From the NCBI GenBank assembly GCA_051294375.1, contig CM119265.1:9431126-9495125 (forward strand): a stretch of 64,000 nucleotides of DNA. Direction: 5' to 3'. The stretch's first letter is position 1; each line of letters opens with the position of its first letter. The notes below the pieces were generated by a model. The model saw only the letters and a program-made list of their open reading frames with translations, had not been told where the DNA came from and made no database searches. Below, one piece after another: positions 59,030-64,000 of this stretch. The stretch comes from Paraspadella gotoi (taxonomy: Eukaryota; Animalia; Chaetognatha). A program made the translations under genes and the position numbers.

Positions 59030-60260
59030 GTGAGGAACGGAGGAAGGTGGAAGGGGTAGCGGGGGGTTTGGGGGGGGATGGTGGCGGCGGGTGGGTCTCA
59101 AAATCGCTTCATCTCTTATCCCTAATCCTTTGTTCTAATCTAATCTAATCTAATCAATAATCCTAAGCTATAGTCGATAACCAAATTCTTTGACCCTTAT
59201 CTCAAAACACTTATTCATAACGATGTGACGTCCCTAGACAATCCTTTTCCCTAATTTTTTTTACCATATCTCTGAACTCAAACTATATGTAATTATGTAT
59301 CACTAAACCTTAACCTAATTCCAAACTCTAAAGCGGAGATGGGGCGCTTTTGATAAATATGGCCGGCGCGTCGGTGATGGGTGGAGGGTAAAACGTAAAA
59401 TCTTTTGAACGCTGTAGCTTTGGTTGAGAAACTTTTTTCCCTGATTTCGCTCTACTAAAATGCTTATCTAATACTAATAATAATGAATAGTAAGGGGTGG
59501 CTGGAGAGATGTTATTTTTTTCGGCCTCTCCTGAAATCTCCCTCTTTTCGCGCGATTTGCTTTTCATTTAATCTTTTTTTTTCGACGCTTTTCTTATTTC
59601 TTTTATGTACAGGGGGTGAGTATAAAATTCAACGCATTTTTCGAGTGATCTTTCCTCGTATTTTTTCGCACACTGACGTGTCATTAATTCTTATTCTTTT
59701 TAAAAAAGTTTACGTCTTATTGCCGGTGGGAACGAATACATGTACAATTGTACATGTACTTGGAACATTATTTTTTAATATCTGTTAATTAACGATTGTC
59801 GTTTATTAACGGTATACCATTTATTCGTTCCTTCCTGTTCAGTAAGTTCATAATGTGATAATGGATTGTTTGGAAAATTATGAAAACGGTCGACGACATA
59901 ATTTTCCTTCTGGATTCGAGTCAAACGTAGTACCTCATCTAAACAAACTATTCTTAAATTTATTATTCGCATATCATAAAAATTACTTCGACGTCTGGGT
60001 GGGATAACGGACTTGAATGAATTATTCGGTACCATTAAACTAAAGTTTATAATACATTTTGTATTTTGTTTTAAAAAAAAAGACAAATTACTATTATTTG
60101 GTTTGAGAAAAAAAATGAGAAAAAAAGGCATTTTAATTCTAACTTAATTCTAATTTTAATACAAAGGACGAATTGAAATACCTGACCCAAAAATCTAACT
60201 CTTCTCCTCTCTTGGCTCCTTTCTACCCCGCCACACATCGACCACCCCAACCACTCTCAG

Positions 60261-62346
60261 GCGACGTCAACCACCACGTGTACTACTTCGACAAGCTGGA
60301 CGAACTGAGCAGCAACGGGCTGGAGGGCACGAAGACGGGCGCGATCCGAACCGTGACGGGCAAGATCGACGACGCCTTCGAGCTAAAGGGCAAAGGTCAA
60401 TTCGTCGAGTTCGGCAACGGAGAGGTCACCAATTGGGTCGGCAACGTGGACGCGGCGCCTCACGGAGAGTTGGTCGGTCAGTCGGGTTCTGGTTGGAAGA
60501 TGGGCGTCGTTGATAATATTTCCGAGATCGTCGCTGTTGTTGTTCCCGTTTGTTTTTTGTTGTTAATGTTGTTGTTGCTGTTCAATGGTTTTTTCCGGTT
60601 ATTTTCGTCGACGTTATTATTGTTGTTTTTGCAGTTGTCATTTATTTGTTTTCGCTGTAGTTGTTGTTGTTATCATCCACGTCGTTAGTATTGTTGGTTT
60701 AATTGTCGTCGTCGTTGTTGTTGTTATTGTTGTCGTTGTTGACGTTTTTGTCATCGCTGCTGTCATTTTTGTTGTTGTTTCGTTTTGTTTTGTTTCGTCT
60801 TACCGCAAACGAAATCTAAAAAGGGAATCGACTTGAAATTTAATTCAAGCATAACCCTTCTCCCGTCCTTTCCAACCCTTGGACAAAGCCTTCTGGATCA
60901 AACCTCGCTACAGCTTGAAAAAGAACTCGGTCATCTACGAGAACAACGGAGTCAAGATCTACGTGGACCAAAACAAAAGAGTCCGAGCCAAGTTCCGGTC
61001 TTGGCTGAGAGAGTGGGACGTCGCCGTCCCGGGTCTCGTCAACGGAGAGTGGAACTTCGTAGAGTTCGACATCGATCCTGATGGTGATTAGGGGATAGGG
61101 GATAGGGGATTGGGGATTGGATAGGATAGGTGGGTTGTGATTGGAGCGACGTTGGGCAATGGGCATCGAATGGGAAAATTGGATGGGAAACGGCCCGGAT
61201 TAGATATTGCGTGGTTAGATATTGGACGGGTCATTTTTGGGACGGGAGATTGAGTACTTATATCGAGGGAAGAGACAAAGTTTTGTGAGTAAATCTTTTC
61301 AAAGTTTTCAGTATTTTTTGGGGAGGACGGGCTTCGGAGACACGGTCCCTGTATTGGTCGTAACTCGTAACTCTATTTTAGGTTAAATATACGTAATATA
61401 CGTAATTTTTCTTCTCTCTCGTCTCAGGCATCATTCATTATCATTTAAATTCTCACGCTGAAGACAAACGGGGACAAAAAGTCGCCGTAGAAAAGTTTTA
61501 CGACAAACCCAACAACTACAAGTGAGACTAAGTCGTGATTCACACTACTTATTTTTAAAGTAAAAATCAGTAACAAATTCACTACTGAAGAGACAGTAAT
61601 TAATGATTTGTGTAAGTGACAGAAACGTTCAATATAAGCAGTCCCTGAGCTTCGGGTCAGACTGTAACACCGTGTTACAGGAGGGTTAAGCGACCCGTCC
61701 CTCTTAACTGCAAGGCGACCACCGGGCGAGAACCCCGGACCTTTGGGTTGGGAGGCGAATGACTTTCCTCGGGCAGCAATGGCCGCTGATGAACGGTTGG
61801 TGGATTTTAGTCCACCATACTACTTGATATTATTTGCTCCCAGCTCGAGAGTAAAATTAGTTTCCTTATAATAAATTATACAATTCTGAATTACTAGGAG
61901 TCTAGGAGTAGAGGAGGACACAGAATATTAATTTCTATCATGAGGGTTGTTCATCGGAATTTAAAGTTTAAAATTTACCTCGCAGAGTCATTTCAAGAAA
62001 TTTTTTTCCCCAGAACTATGCCCGTGGTCATAATTAGGAGTCATGACGCATTTAATTACTCGCTTGTGTATACGTTTTAGACTTTGAAAATTATTTTCCT
62101 AAAGTTTCAGATAAAGCTCAAAATTGGTAAAAAGCCATTTTACGACTTTATGCAAATGAGATTAAAGTCTGCTCCTCTTCCAGATTCTTCGTTGGCCGCC
62201 CTATCGACGACAACGCCGCCCACTCCGCCCTCGACGTGGACATTGACAATCTTGAGATCTACGAAGGGCGACGAGCTTGGCTCATCGCCCACGGACACAT
62301 TCTTAGAGGGAAGCCGGAGCAGTTCGAGATCGGAATGAACAAGCAG
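60261..62346 (+). CDS. LamG-like repeat 3: exons 60261-60476, 60889-61083, 61428-61521, 62184-62346
   Basis: HVYYFDKL...TVTGKIDDAFELKGKGQFVEFG...WVGNVDAAPHGELVAFWIKP...GVKIYV...WDV....VNGEWNFVEF....GIIHYHLN...FFVGRP.....DVDIDNLEIYEGRR..LI..GHILRG; GT-AG, in phase. Confidence 0.87.
61587..61809 (-). mobile_element. tRNA-derived SINE-like repeat, copy 2
   Basis: Shares gaagagacagtaa, gttcaatataagcag, ccctgagcttcgg, tgtaacac.tgttaca, gaaccccggacctttgggttgggaggcgaatgactt and ggccgctgatgaacggttggtggatttta with copy 1. Confidence 0.6.
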
Positions 62347-62680
62347 GTGATTGGGAAGGCGGCGCTGAAGAACGGTGAGTGGTGATTGGCGAAAGGGAGG
62401 GAGGTGATTTGAGAGATACTGATACATAAAAAAGAAAACGCTCTTAATTTAAAAAAAAAGTTATGGATGAATTTAGATAAATATTAAAAAATTATTTACC
62501 GGATAAGAATCAAGAGGGATAAAAGTTTTGAAAACTGATCTGAACAGGGACAGATCATTTTTTGATAAATAATATCTATTTTTATTTGCTGCTGATCAGT
62601 GACCAAGAAACAAAAAATAAATTTATGAAACAAAAGACTAACCCTTCTTCGTGCGCACGCGCACGCCCTCTCTCCGTCAG

Positions 62681-63642
62681 GTGACCAAGGATGACTTCGG
62701 CACCTATATCGAAGACGTCACTCCCTACTTCAACGTCTTCACCTACAACGGCGTCAAACTCGTGGACGGATTCAACGGAAAAGCGGCGCACCTCAACGGA
62801 CGCAATCAGTACGTGGATCTGGGCGACCACACCGACGTCTGCTTCGGAGATCTCAAGAGATGCCGGAAAGGGTTTACGATGAGTCACTACTTTCGGTTGA
62901 ACGAGTTCCGGGTGAGGAAAAGAGAGAGTTGGAGGCGAAGGGGGGGGCAACGGGAGAAAAGTAGGGTTAGTTGAACTTGAAAGGCTTTTCCGTCTTACGT
63001 GGGACTGCCTCACTCTAGATTTATCTAACTTTTAAAAACTCCGAAACAAAGATTAACAAAAAATATTCGTCAGTTACAGTAATTAACTTAGGCTTGGTGA
63101 ATAAAGGCGGTAAAACGTATTAACTCGAAAAATTCACGACCTGAAAAAATACTGAAAAGCTCCTAAATATTCTCTTTGCGGTCTTTTCTTCTCTTATTTC
63201 ATTTTTTCCCTGGTCTTTATCTCTTCTCTTTTCTCCCCTCCCCTCAAAAAATTCCAATTTTACTTTACCGATTTCATTTGTACTTAAAACCATTTAAATT
63301 ATCGATAATTATTATTACTACATATTTCACAAAGAACTAATCAACCTCCACGCCCTCTCCCCTCTTTAGGACGGCATGTACATCCTCTCCTCGCCCGGAA
63401 TGAACGTCTTCACCAAAGGAGACAAACTCTACGTGAAAGTCAACGCGGACGGCAAAACCTGGGAGGTGCCCGTCAGCGGGATCGAAGAGGGCAAGTGGTA
63501 CAACCTGCTCTACACTTGGCGCAAGGACAAAGGATTGTCGGTCTTCCGCAAGCAAGGAGCGGGCATCACTACAGCCGAGCACAAGGAGCCGCTGGTGACG
63601 GTGAAGGACGGAAGCGACGAAGTGGTGGCGCAGGGGTTTCAG
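62681..63642 (+). CDS. LamG-like repeat 4 (partial): exons 62681-62911 and 63370-63642; the gene continues beyond the window
   Basis: VKLVDGFNGKAAHLNGRNQYVDLGDHTDVCFGDLKRCRKGFTMSHYFR...DGMYILSSPGMNVFTKGDKLYVKVNADGKTWEV....EGKWYNLLYTWRKDKGLSVF; ends at a phase-0 donor. Confidence 0.9.
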
Positions 63643-64000
63643 GTGAGGGTAGGGCGGGTGGTGGGGTGGTGGATGGTGGTGGAGCATGGTCAAAAGGGGG
63701 TTAGAGGGAAACAGGATTGGTTTTTTATTTCTGACGGGGTTGTGAAAAAAGAGATAGGGATTGTAATTGGCGAAAGCATTGAGGGGAAATATTGTTGGTA
63801 ACTGTGTAAATGAAGTTATTGCTGGGGTGGGTCGAATTTTAAAAAAAGTATCTCTGTGAGGCCTACTGGTCACCAATGAGCTATGGTGGGTTAATCACTT
63901 AATGTCTAATGTCTTGTAATCTAAATTTAAGATCTTTTTTTTTCTATAATAACTTATCAGTTGACGAGTTTCAGAAAATGAAAAACGTTTTTAATTTGTT

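Noticed and set aside
61583-61820. Hammerhead ribozyme in the SINE-like repeat (CTGAAGA...GAAAC and CTGATGA motifs)
   Set aside because: Stems II and III and the UH cleavage site could not be built, and the GAAAC is not conserved in copy 1.
62347-62380. Stronger-looking donor G|GTGAGT at ~62374
   Set aside because: It is phase 1 and would frameshift the next exon (62681, phase 0); CAG|GTGATT at 62346 keeps the frame.

Overview
This window is from a microsatellite-rich invertebrate animal genome in a draft long-read assembly with N-gaps and indel-rich tracts; it is not prokaryotic. It begins with the last two exons of an ADF/cofilin gene (41-510). Most of the window is one very large + strand secreted or cell-surface protein locus that runs off the right edge. 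That locus has two paralogous N-terminal modules, each a signal peptide plus a neurexin-LNS1-like laminin-G domain plus an EGF-like Cys-rich segment: N1 at 2905-14115 and N2 at 25846-27399. Both modules end in phase-1 donors compatible with one downstream exon (28195), which begins an array of at least four LamG-like/concanavalin-type repeats (28195 to beyond 63642). Antisense tRNA-Ala(CGC) genes lie in N1 introns, and three N1 exons plus the tRNAs appear in three near-identical, indel-ridden copies that are probably an assembly artefact. A 24-kb intron (29868-53737) holds a candidate solo LTR and two direct copies of a divergent extended-synaptotagmin-like gene. Between those copies is a frameshifted Ty3/gypsy pol region followed by a DEDDy 3'-5' exonuclease ORF. 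Two copies of a structured tRNA-derived SINE-like repeat lie in later introns. All calls come from manual translation and motif recognition; no database searches were run.
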